A stretch of 64,000 nucleotides of DNA from the NCBI GenBank assembly GCA_051530055.1, contig CM121341.1, forward strand, positions 186,001-250,000, given 5' to 3'. This DNA comes from Neoechinorhynchus agilis (taxonomy: Eukaryota; Animalia; Acanthocephala). Position 1 is the stretch's first letter; every line of letters starts with the position of its first letter. Shown here piece by piece: positions 30,001-42,824 of this stretch. Under the pieces are notes generated by a model. That model did no database searches. It worked only from the letters and a program-made list of their open reading frames with translations, and was not told the DNA's origin. The position numbers and the translations under genes were made by a program.

Positions 30001-33000
30001 GACTTTTGACCAAATATGATAATGCGATTCCCGCTTCGAATATTGCAGTTGTAGTTTAGAAGGTCAGTCCGTCTGGTCTACCTTAACGCGCTGATTCAAA
30101 ATCTATATCCAGATTTGCGCTAGCTGTAATTGTTCGTGAGTTATGCGCTTTTCAATTTTGAGACAAACTACCTTGAATATTGATATTAAAGCGTTAATAA
30201 ATTTAAGATGTAATTAACTTTTCTAGATCTACTTTTGACGCTGAATTCACCTGCAATCACTGTTTGATGTGGCCTTTTAAATTTTTATACTTAGTTTAAG
30301 GATTGAAGTTCATAAAAGACACCTGAATTAAATCTGTAGTACTCGTAAGTTGTTAGGAAATGATAAAACATTTTGAGCATATCCAATGCGCTTATTTCAA
30401 TTGTGTTATCTAATTTTAATGAATCTTGCAAATTTAGTGATCTTTGACTCTTGCTACTTTTTACCAAATATGATAATGCGATTCCCGCTTCGAATATTGC
30501 AGTTGTAGTTTAGAAAGTCAGTTAGTCTGGTCTATCCTAATGCGCTGATTCCAAATCTGTATCCAGATTTGCGCTAGCTGTATTGGTTCGTTAGTAATGC
30601 GTTGTTCAATTTTGGGACAAACTACCTTGATTATTGATATTAAAACGTCAACAAATTTAAGATAAAATTAACTTTTCTAGATATCCTTTTGACGCTCAAT
30701 TCACCTGCAATCACTGTTTGATGTGGCTTTCTAAATTTGTACACTTAGTTTAAGGATTGAAGTTCATAAAAGACACCTGAATTAAATCTGTTGTACTCGT
30801 AAGTTGTTAGGAAATGATAAAACATTTTGAGCATATCTAATGCGCTGATTTCAATTGTGTTATCTAATTTCAATGAATCTTGCAAATTTAGTTATCTTTG
30901 ACTCTTGTGACTTTTGACCAAATATGATAATACGATTCCCGCATCGAATATTGCAGTTGTTGTTTTATAAGTAAGTTAGCCTGGTCTATCTTAATGCGCT
31001 GATTCCTAATCTGTACCCAGATTTGCGATAGCTGTAATAATTCTTGAGTTATGCGCTGTTCAATTTTTAGACAAACTACCTTGAATATTTATACTAAAAC
31101 GTCAATAAATTTAAGATAAAATTAACTTTTCTAGATATCCAGTTGACGATCAATTCACCTGCAATCACGGTTTGATGTGGCTTTTTAAAGTTTTACACTT
31201 AGTTTAAGGATTGAAGTTCATAAAAGACACCTGAATTAAATCTGTAGTATTCGTAAGTTGTTAGGAAATGATAAAACATTTTGAGCATATCTCATGCGCT
31301 GATTTCAATTGTGTTATCTAATTCTAATGAATCTTGCAAATTTAGTTATCTTTGACTCTTGCACCTTTTTACCAAATATGATAATGCGATTCCCGCTTCG
31401 AATATTGTAGTTGTAGTTTAGAAAGTCATTTAGTCATGTCTACCTTAACGCGCTGATTCCAAATCGTTATCCAGATTTGCAATAGCTGTAATGGTTCGTG
31501 AGTTATGCGTTGATCAATTTTGAGACAAACTACCTTGATTATTGATATTAAAACGTCAATAAATTAAAGATATAATTAACTTTTCTAGATCTACTGTTGA
31601 CGCTGAATTAACCTGCAATAACAGTTTGATGTGGCTTTTTAAATTTTTACACTTAGTTTAAGGATTGAAGTTCATAAAAGACACCTGAATTAAATCTGTA
31701 GTACTCGTAAGTTGTTAGGAAATGATAAAACATTTTGAGCATATCTAATGCGCTGATCTCAATTGTGTTATCTAATTTTAATGAATCTTGCAAATTTTGT
31801 GATCTTTGACTCTTGTTACTTTTGACCAAATATGATAATGCCTTTCCCGCTTAGAATATTGCAGTTGTAGTTTATCATGTAAGTTAGTCTAGTCGATCTT
31901 AACGCGCCGATTCCAAATCTGTATCCGAATTTGCGCTAGCTGTGGTGGTTCGTGAGTTATGCGTTGTTCAATTTTGGGACAAACTACCTTGATTATTGAT
32001 ATCAAAGCGTCAATAAATTTAAGATATAATAAACTTTTCTAGATCTACTTTTGACGCTGAATTCACCAGCAGTCACTGTTTGATGTGAATTTTTAATCTT
32101 GTACACTTAGTTTAAGGATTGAAGTTCATAAAAGACACCTGAATTAAATATGTAGTACTCGTAAGTTGTTAGTAAATGATAAAACATACTGAGCATATCT
32201 AATGCGCCGATTTCAATTGTGTTATCTAATTTTAATGAATCTTGCAAGTTTAGTGATCTTTGACTCTTGTGACTTTTGACCAAATATGATAATGCGATTC
32301 CCGCTTCGAATATTGCAGTTGTAGTTTAGAAAGTAAGTTATTCTGGTCTATCTTAACGCGCTGATTCACAATCTGTATCCAGATTTGCGATAGCTGTAAT
32401 GGTTCGTGAGTTATACGTTGTTCAATTTTGAGACAAACTACCTTGATTATTATATAAAAACGTCAATAAATTTAAGATATAATTAACTTTTCTAGATCTA
32501 CTTTTGACGCTGAATTCACCTGCAATCACTGTATGATGTGGCTTTTCAAATTTTTACACCTAGTTTAAGGATTGAAATTCATAAAAGACACCTGAATTAA
32601 ATCTGTAGTACTCGTAAGTTGTTAGGAAATGATAAAACATTTTGAGCATATCTAATGCGCTGATTTCAATTGTGTTACCTAATTTTAATGAATCTTGCAA
32701 ATTTAGTGATCTTTGACTCTTGTGACTTTTGACCAAAAATGATAATGCGATTCCCGCTTCGAATATTGCAGTTGTAGTATAGAAAGTCAATTAGTCCGGT
32801 CTATCTTAAGGCGCTGATTCCAAATCTGTATCCAGATTTACGATAGCTGTAATAATTCTTCTGAATTCACCTGGTATCTTTGTTTGATGTGGCTTTTTAA
32901 ATTTGTACACTTAGTTTAAGGATTGAAGTTCATAAAAGACACCTGAATTAAATCTGTAGTTCTCGTAAGTTGTTAGGAAATGATAAAACATTTTGAGAAT

Positions 33001-36000
33001 ATCTAATTTTCGGATTTCAATTGTGTTACGTAATTTTAATGAATCTTGCAAATTTAGTGATCTTTGACTCTTGTGACTTTTGACCAAATATGATAATGCG
33101 ATTTCCGCTTCGAATATGGCAGTTGTAGTTTAGAAAGTCATTTAGTCTGGTCTACCTTAACGCGCTGATTCCAAATCTGTATCCAGATTTGCAATAGCTG
33201 TAATGGTTCGTTAGTTATGCGTTGATCAATTTTTAGACAAACTACCTTGATTATTGATATTAAAACGTCAATAAATTTAAGATATAATTAACTTTTCTAG
33301 ATCTACTTTTGACGCTGAATTCACCTGCTATAACTGTTTGATGTGGCTTTTTAAATTTTTACACTTAGTTTAAGGATTGAAGTTCATAAAAGACACCTGA
33401 ATTAAATCTGTAGTACTCGTAAGTTGTTAGGAAATGATAAAACATTTTGAGCATATCTAATGCGCTGATTTCAATTGTGTTATCTAATTTTAATGAATCT
33501 TGCAAATTTTGTGATCTTTGACTCTTGTTACTTTTGACCAAATATGATAATGCGATTCCCGCTTCGAATATTGCAGTTGTAGTTTTAAATGTAAGTTAGT
33601 CTAGTCGATCTTAACGCGCTGATTCCAAATCTGTATCCGGATTTGCGCTAGCTGTGGTGGTTCGTGAGTTATGCGTTGTTCAATTTTGAGACAAACTACC
33701 TTGATTATTGATATCAAAGCGTCAATAAATTTAAGATATAATAAACTTTTCTAGATCTACTTTTGACGCTGAATTCACCTGCAGTCACTGTTTGATGTGA
33801 ATTTTTAATCTTGTACACTTAGTTTAAGGATTGAAGTTCATAAAAGACACCTGAATTAAATCTGTAGTACTCGTAAGTTGTTAGTAAATGATAAAACATA
33901 CTGAGCATATCTAATGCGCCGATTTCAATTGTGTTATCTAATTTTAATGAATCTTGCAAGTTTAGTGATCTTTGACTCTTGTGACTTTTGACCAAATATG
34001 ATAATGCGATTCCCGCTTCGAATATTGCAGTTGTAGTTTAGAATGTAAGTTATTCTGGTCTATCTTAACGCGCTGATTCACAATCTGTATCCAGATTTGC
34101 AATAGCTGTAATGGTTCGTGAGTTATACGTTGTTCAATTTTGAGACAAACTACCTTGATTATTATATAAAAACGTCAATAAATTTAAGATATAATTAACT
34201 TTTCTAGATCTACTTTTGACGCTGAATTCACCTGCAATCACTGTATGATGTGGCTTTTCAAATTTTTACACCTAGTTTAAGGATTGAAATTCATAAAAGA
34301 CACCTGAATTAAATCTGTAGTACTCGTAAGTTGTTAGGAAATGATAAAACATTTTGAGCATATCTAATGCGCTGATTTCAATTGTGTTACCTAATTTTAA
34401 TGAATCTTGCAAATTTAGTGATCTTTGACTCTTGTGACTTTTGACCAAAAATGATAATGCGATTCCCGCTTCGAATATTGCAGTTGTAGTTTAGAAAGTC
34501 AATTAGTCCGGTCTATCTTAAGGCGCTGATTCCAAATCTGTATCCAGATTTGCGATAGCTGTAATAATTCTTCTGAATTCACCTGCAATCACTTTTGATG
34601 TGGCTTTTTAAATTTGTACACTTAGTTTAAGGATTGAAGTTCATAAAAGACACCAGAATTAAATCTGTAGTACTCGTAAGTTGTTAGGAAATGATAAAAC
34701 ATTTTGAGCATATCTAATGCGCTGATTTCAATTGTGTTACCTAATTTTAATGAATCTTGCAAATTTAGTGATATTTGATTCTTGTGACTTTTGACCAAAT
34801 ATGATAATGCGATTCCCGCTTCGAATATTTAAGTTGTAGTTTAGAAAGTCCGTTAATCTGGTCTACCTTAACGCGCTGATTTTAAATCTCCATCCAGATT
34901 TGCGATAGCTGTAATCGTTCGTGAGTTATGCGTTGTTCAATTTTGAGACAAACTACATTGATTATTGATATTAAAACGCCAATAAATTTAAGATATAATA
35001 AACTTTTCTAGATCCACTTTTGACGCTGAATTCACCTGCAATCCCTTTTGATGTGACTTTTTAAATTTGTACACTTTGCTTAAGGATTGAAGTTCAAAAA
35101 AGATACCATAATTTAATCTGTAGTACTCGTAAGTTGTTAGGAAATGATAAAACATTTTGAGCATATCGAATGCGCTGATTTCAATTGTGTTATCTAATTT
35201 TAATGAATCTTGCAAATTTAGTGATCTTTGACTCTTGTGACTTTTGACCAAATATGATAATGCGATTCCCGCTTCGAATATTGCAGTTGTAGTTTAGAAG
35301 GTCAGTCCGTCTGGTCTACCTTAACGCGCTGATTCCAAATCTGTATCCAGATTTGCGATAGCTGTAATAATTCGTGAGTTATGCGCTTTTCAATTTTGAG
35401 ACAAACTACCTTGAATATTGATATTAAAACGTTAATAAATTTAAGATGTAATTAACTTTTCTAGATCAATTTTGACGCTGAATTCACCTGCAATCACTGT
35501 TTGATGTGGCATTTTAAATTTTTACACTTAGTTTAAGGATTGAAGTTCATAAAAGACACCTGAATTAAATCTGTAGTACTCGTAAGTTGTTAGGAAATGA
35601 TAAAACATTTTGAGCATATCTAATGCGCTGATTTCAATTGTGTTACCTAATTTTAATGAATCTTGCAAATTTAGTGATCTTTGACTCTTGTGACTTTTGA
35701 CCAAATATGATAATGCGATTCCCGCTTCGAATATTGCAGTTGTAGTTTAGAAAGTCAGTTAGTCTGGTCTACCTTAACGCGCTGATTCCAAATCTGTATC
35801 CAGATTTGCAATAGCTGTAATGGTTCGTGAGTTATGCGTTGTTCAATTTTGAGACAAACTACCTTGATTATTGATATTAAAACGTCAATAAATTTAAGAT
35901 ATAATTAACTTTTCTAGATCTACTTTTGACGCTGAATTCACCTGCAATCACTGTTTGATGTGGCTTTTTGAAATTTTACACTTAGTTTAAGGATTGAAGT

Positions 36001-39000
36001 TCATAAAAGACACCTGAATTAAATCTGTAGTACTCGTAAGTTGTTAGGAAATGATAAAACATTTTGAGCATATCTAATGCGCTGATTTCAATTGTGTTAC
36101 CTAATTTCAATGAATCTTGCAAATTTAGTGATCTTTGACTCTTGTGACTTTTGACCAAATATGATAATGCGATTCCCGCTTCGAATATTGCAGTTGTAGT
36201 TTAGAAAGTAAGTTAGTCTGGTCTATTTTAACGCGCTGATTCCAAATCTGTAACCAGATTTGCGATAGCTTTAATAATTCTTGAGTTATGCGCTGTTCAA
36301 TTTTGAGACAAACTACCTTGAATATTGATATTAAAACGTCAATAAATTTAAGATAAAATTAACTTTTCTAGATATCCAGTTGACGCTCAATTCACCTGCA
36401 ATCACTGTTTGATGTGGCTTTTTAAATTTTTACACTTAGTTTAAGGATTGAAGTTCATAAAAGACACCTGAATTAAATCTGTTGTACTCGTAAGTTGTTA
36501 GGAAATGATAAAACATTTTGAGCATATCTAATGCGCTGATTTCAATTGTGTTACCTAATTTTAATGAATCATGAAAATTTAGTGATCTTCGACTCTTGTG
36601 ACTTTTGACCAAATATGATAATGCGATTCCCGCTTCGAATATTGCAGCTGTAGTTTAGAAAGTAAGTTAGTCTGGTTTATCTTAAAGCGCTGATTCACAA
36701 TCTGTATCCAGATTTTCGATTGCTGTAAAAATTCTTTAATTATGCGCTGTTCAATTTTGAGACAAACCACCTTGCATATTGATATTAAAACGTTAATAAA
36801 TTTAAGATAAAATTAACTTTTCTAGATATCCAGTTGACGCTCAATTCACCTGCAATCACTGTTTGATGTAGCTTTTTAAATTTGTACACTTAGTTTAAGG
36901 ATTGAAGTTCATAAAAGACACCTGAATTACATCTGTCGCACTCGTAAGTTGTTAGGAAATGATAAAACATTTTGAGCATATCTAATGTGCTGATTTCAAT
37001 TGTGTTACCTAATTTTAATGAATCTCGCAAATTTAGTGATCTTTGACTCTTGTGACTTTTGACCAAATATGATAATGCGATTTCCGCTTCGAATATTGCA
37101 GTTGTAGTTAAGAAGGTCAGTCAGTCTGGTCTAGCTTAACGCGCTGATTCCAAATCTGTATCCAGATTTGCAATAGCTGTAATGGTTCGTGAGTTATGCG
37201 TTGTTCAATTTTGAGACAAACTACCTTGATTATTGATATTAAAACGTCAATAAATTTTAGATATAATTAACTTTTCTAGATATACAGTTGACGCTCAATT
37301 ACCCTGTAATCACTGTTTGATGTGGCTTTTTAAATTTTTACACCTAGTTTAAGGATTGAAGTTCATAAAAGACACCTGAATTAAATCTGTAGTACTCGTA
37401 AGTTGTTAGGAAATGATAAAACATTTTGAGCATATCTAATGCGCTGATTTCAATTGTATTACCTAATTTTAGTGAATCTTGCAAATTTAGTGATCTTTGA
37501 CTCTTGTGACTTTTGACCAAATAAGATAATGCGATTCCCGCTTCGAATATTGCAGTTGTTGTTTTGAAAGTCAGTTAGTCTGGTCTATCTTAAGGCGCTG
37601 ATTCCAAATCTGTATCCAGATTTGCGATAGCTGTAATAATTCTTCTGAATTCACCTGCAATCACTGTTTGATGTGGCTTTTTAAATTTGTACACTTAGTT
37701 TAAGGATTGAAGTTCATAAAAGACACCTGAATTAAATCTGTAGTACTCGTAAGTTGTTAGGAAATGATAAAACATTTTGAGCATATCTAATGCGCTGATT
37801 TCAATTGTGTTACCTAATTTTAATGAATCTTGCAAATTTAGTGATCTTTGACTCTTGTGACTTTTGACCAAATATGATAATGCGATTCCCGCTTCGAATA
37901 TTGCAGTTGTTGTTTAGAAAGTCAGTTAGTCTGGTCTATCTTAAGGCGCTGATTCCAAATCTGTATCCAGATTTGCGATAGCTGTAATAATTCTTCTGAA
38001 TTCACGTGCAATCACTGTTTGATGTGGGTTTTTAAATTTGTACACTTAGTTTAAGGATTGAAGTTCATAAAAGACACCTGAATTAAATCTGTAGTACTCG
38101 TAAGTTGTTAGGAAATGATAAAACATTTTGAGCATATCTAATGTGCTGATTTCAATTGTGTTACCTAATTTTAATGAATCTTGCAAATTTAGTGATCTTT
38201 GACTTTTGTGACTTTTGACCAAATATGATAATGCGTTTCCCGCTTCGAATATTGCAGTTGTCGTTTAGCAAGTAAGTTAGTCTGGTCTATCTTAACGCGC
38301 TGATTCACAATCTGTATCCAGATTTGCAATAGCTGTAATGGTTCGTGAGTTATACGTTGTTCAATTTTGAGACAAACTACCTTGATTATTGAGATTAAAA
38401 CGTTAATAAATTTAAGATATAATTAACTTTTCTAGATATACAGTTTACGCTCAATTCACCTGCAATCACTGTTTGATGTGGCTTTTTAAATTTTTACACT
38501 TAGTTTAAGGATTGAAGTTCATAAAAGACACCTGAATTAAATATATAGTACTCGTAAGTTGTTAGGAAATGATAAAACATTTTGAGCATATCTAATGCGC
38601 TGATTTCAATTGTGTTACCTAATTTTAATGAATCTTGCAAATTTAGTGATCTTTGACTCTTGAGACTTTTGACCAAATATGATAATGCGATTCCCACTTC
38701 GAATATTGCAGTTGTAGTTTAGAAAGTACGTTAGTCCGGTCTATCTTAACGCGCTGATTCACAATCTGTATCCAGATTTGCAATAGCTGCAATGGTTCGT
38801 GAGTTATACGTTGTTCAATTTTGAGACAAACTTCCTTGATTATTGATATGAAAACGTCAATAAATTTAAGATAAAATTAACTTTTCTAGATCTACTTTTG
38901 ACGCTGAATTCACCTGCGATCACTGTTTGATGTGGATTTTTAAATTTGTACACTTAGTTTAAGGATTGAAGTTCATAAAAGACACCTGAATTAAATCTGT

Positions 39001-42000
39001 AGTACTCGTAAGTTGTTAGGAAATGATAAAACATTTTGAGCATATCTAATGTGCTGATTTTAATTGTGTTACCTAATTTTAATGAATCTCGCAAATTTAG
39101 TGATCTTTGACTCTTGTGACTTTTGACCAAATATGATAATGCGATTCCCGCTTCGAATATTGCAGTTGCAGTTTAGAAGGTCAGTCAGTCTGGTCTACCT
39201 TAACGCGCTGATTCCAAATCTGTATCAAGATTTGCGATAGCTGTAATAATTCTTTAATTATGCGCTGTTCAATTTGAGACAAACTACCTTAATATTGATA
39301 TTAAAACGTTAATAAATTTAAGATAAAATTAACTTTTCTAGATATCCAGTTGACGCTCAATTCACCTGCAATAACTGTTTGATTGGGCTTTTTAAATTTT
39401 TACACTTAGTTTAAGGATTGAAGTTCATAAAAGACACCTGAATTAAATCTGTAGTACTCGTAAGTTGTTAGGAAATGATAAAACATTTTGAGCATATCTA
39501 ATGCGCAGATTTCAATTGTGTTACCTAATTTTAATGAATCTTGCAAATTTAGTGATCTTTGACTCTTGTGACTTTTGACCAAATATGATAATGCGATTCC
39601 CGCTTCGAATATTGCAGTTGTAGTTTAGAAAGTTAGTTGGAATGGTCTATCTTAACGCGCTGATTCACAATCTGTATCCAGATTTGCAATAGCTGTAATG
39701 ATTCGTGAGTTATACGTTGTTCATTTTTTAGACAACCTACATTGATTATTGATATAAAAACGTCAATAAATTTAAGATATAATTAACTTTTCTAGATCTA
39801 CTTTTGACGCTTAATTCACCTGCAATCACTTTTGATGTGGCTTTTTAAATTTGTACACTTTGTTTAAGGATTGAAGTTCAAAAAAGATACCATAATTAAA
39901 TCTGTAGTACTCGCAAGTTGTTAGGAAATGATAAAACATTTTGAGCATATCTAATGCGCTGATTTCAATTGTGTTACCTGATTTTAATGAATCTTGCAAA
40001 TTTAGTGATGTTTGACTCTTGTGACTTTTGACAAAATATGATAATGCCTTTCCCGCTTAGAATATTGCAGTTGTAGTATAGAATGTAAGTTACTCTGGTT
40101 TATCTTAAGGCGCTGATTCGAAATCTTTATGAAGATTTGCGATAGCTTTAATGGTTCGTGAGTTAGGCGTTGTTAAATTTTGAGACAAACTACCTTGATT
40201 ATTGATATTAAAACGTCAATAAATTTAAGATAAAATTAACCTTTCTAGATATACTTTTGACGCCCAATTCACCTGCAATCACTGTCTGATGTGGATTTTT
40301 AAATTTTTACACTTAGTTTAAGGATTGAAGTTCATAAAGGACATCTGAATTTAATCTGTAGTACTCGTAAGTTGTTAGTAAATGATAAAATATTTTGAGC
40401 ATATCTAATGCGCTGATTTCAATTGTGTTATCTAATTTTAATGAATCTTGCAAACTTAGTGATGTTTGACTCTTGTGACTTTTGACAAAATATGATAATG
40501 CCTTTCCCGCTTAGAATATTGCTGTTGTAGTATAGAATGTAAGTTACTCTGGTTTATCTTAAGGCGCTGATTCCAAATCTCGATCCAGATTTGCGATAGC
40601 TTTAATGTTTCGTGAGTTATGCGTTGTTCAATTTTGAGACAAACTACCTTGATTATTGATATTAAAACGTCAATTAATTTAAGATAAAAGTAACCTTTCT
40701 AGATATACTTTTTACGCTTAATTCACCTGCAATCACTGTCTGATGTGGCTTTTTAAATTTTTACACTTAGTTTAAGGATTGAAGTTCATAAAAGACACCT
40801 GAATTCAATCTGTAGTACTCGTAAGTTGTTAGTAAATGATAAAACATTTTGAGCATATCTAATACGCTGATTTCAATTGTGTTATCTAATTTTAATGAAT
40901 CTTGCAAATTTAGATATCTTTGACTCTTGTGACTTTTGACCAAATATGATAATGCGATTCCCGCTTCGAATATTGCAGTTGTAGTTTAGAGAGTCAGTTA
41001 ATCTCGTCTATCCTAACGCGCTGATTCCAAATCTCCATCCAGATTTGCGATAGCTTTAATGATTCGTGAGTCATGCGTTGTTCAATTTTGAGACAAACTA
41101 CCTTGATTATTGATATTAAAACGTCAATAAATTTAAGATAAAATTAACTTTTCTGGATCTACTTTTGACGCTGAATTCACCTGCAATCACTGTTATATGT
41201 GACTTTTTAAATTTGTACACTTAGCTTAAGGATTGGAGTTCATAAAATACACCTGAATTAAATCTGTAGTACTCGTAAGTTGTTAGTAAATGATAAAACA
41301 TTTTGAGCATATCTATAGCGCTGATTTCAATTGTGTTATCTAATTTTAATGAATCTTGCAAATTTAGTGATCTTTGACTCTTGTGACTTTTTACCAAATA
41401 TGATAATGCGATTCCCGCTTCGAATATTGCAGTTGTAGTATAGAATGTAAGTTAGTCTGGTTTATCTTAAGGCGCTGATTCCAAATCTGTATCCAGATTT
41501 GCGCTAGCTGTAATTGTTCTGAGTTATGCGTTGTTCAATTTTGAGACCAACTACCTTGATTATTGGAATAATAACATCAATCAGTTTAAGATCAAATTTA
41601 CTTTTCTAGATCTACTTTTGACGCTGAATTCACCTGCAATAACTGTTAGATGTGGCTTTATAATCTTGTACACTAAGTTTAAGGATTGAGGTTCACAAAA
41701 GACACCTGAATTAAATCTGTAGTACTCGTAAGTTGTTAGTAAATGATAAAACATTTTGAGCATATCCAATGCGCTGATTTCAATTGTGTTATCTAATTTT
41801 AATGAATCTTGCAAATTTAGTGATCTTTGACTCTTGTGACTTTTGACCAAATATGATAATGCGATTCCCGCTTCGAATATTGCAGTTGTAGTTTAGAAAG
41901 TCAGTTAATCTGGTCTATCTTAACGCGCTGATTCCAAATCTGTATCCAGATTTGCGCTAGCTGTAATGGTTCGTGAGTTATGCGTTGTTCAATTTTGAGA

Positions 42001-42824
42001 CAAACAACCTTGATTATTGATATTAAAACGTCAATAAATTTAAGATATAATTAACTTTTCTAGATCTACTTTTGACGCCGAATTCACCTGCAATAACTGT
42101 TTGATGTGGCTTGTTAAATTTGTACACTTAGTTTAAGGATTGAAGTTCATAAAAGACACCTGAATTAAATCTGTAGTACTCGTAAGTTATTAGGAAATGA
42201 TAAAACATTTTGAGCATATCCAATGCGCTGATTTCAATTGTGTAATCTAATTTTAATGAATCTTGCAAATTTAGTGATCTTTGACTCTTGTGACTTTTGA
42301 CCAAATATGATAATGCGATTTCCGATTCAGATATTGCAGCTGTAGTTTAGGATTTAAGGTAATTTAGTACATCTTAACGCGCTGATTCTAAATCTGTATC
42401 CGGATTTGCGATAGCTGTTATGGTTCTTGAGTTATTTGTTGTTACATTTTGAGACCAACTACCTTGATTATTGATATTAAAACATCAATCAGTTTAAGAT
42501 CAAATTAACTTTTCTAGATCTACTTTTGACGCTGAATTCACCTGCAACAACGGTTTGATGTTGCTTGTTAAATTTTGACACTCAGTTTTAGGATTGAAGT
42601 TCATAAAAGACACCTCAGTTAAATCTGTTGTGCTCGAAAGTTGTTACGAAATGAAAATTTTTTTGAGCATATCTAATGCGCTGATTTCAATGGTGTCATC
42701 TGATTATAATGAATCTTGCAAATTTAGTGATCTTTAACTCTTGTGAATATTGGCAAAATGTGACAATGCGAATGTTACAGCTGTAGTCTATTGAATCAGG
42801 TAATTTAGTGCATCTTAACGCGCT
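1..42824. repeat. Tandem satellite array, 454-bp monomer (about 95 copies, open at the left window edge)
   Basis: The landmark TAACGCG recurs at 18, 472, 926 and 1380 (period 454) and continues to 42824. Most monomers carry a GAATTC site and many a TCTAGATCT site. Monomers differ by scattered substitutions and become more divergent from about 39000 onward. Confidence 0.99.
9093..9443. repeat. 351-bp satellite variant (103-bp deletion); first of 11 copies
   Basis: The junction ...TAAT(A/G)ATTCTT|CTGAATTCAC... occurs near 9146, 10404, 14367, 18615, 22104, 25172, 29336, 32860, 34572, 37644 and 37995. Landmark spacing from 9093 to 9444 is 351. Confidence 0.93.

Noticed and set aside
1133-41850. 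About 20 short minus-strand ORFs (MVKSHKSQRSLNLQDSLKL...) with a faint leucine-rich-repeat look
   Set aside because: They are the same frame of the satellite read repeatedly. The frame hits several stops in each monomer, and 454 is not a multiple of 3. The homologous subunits do not keep the LRR pattern.
1-42824. CRISPR array or other repeat-spacer system
   Set aside because: Whole monomers repeat with no unique spacers, there are no cas genes, and the context is eukaryotic.
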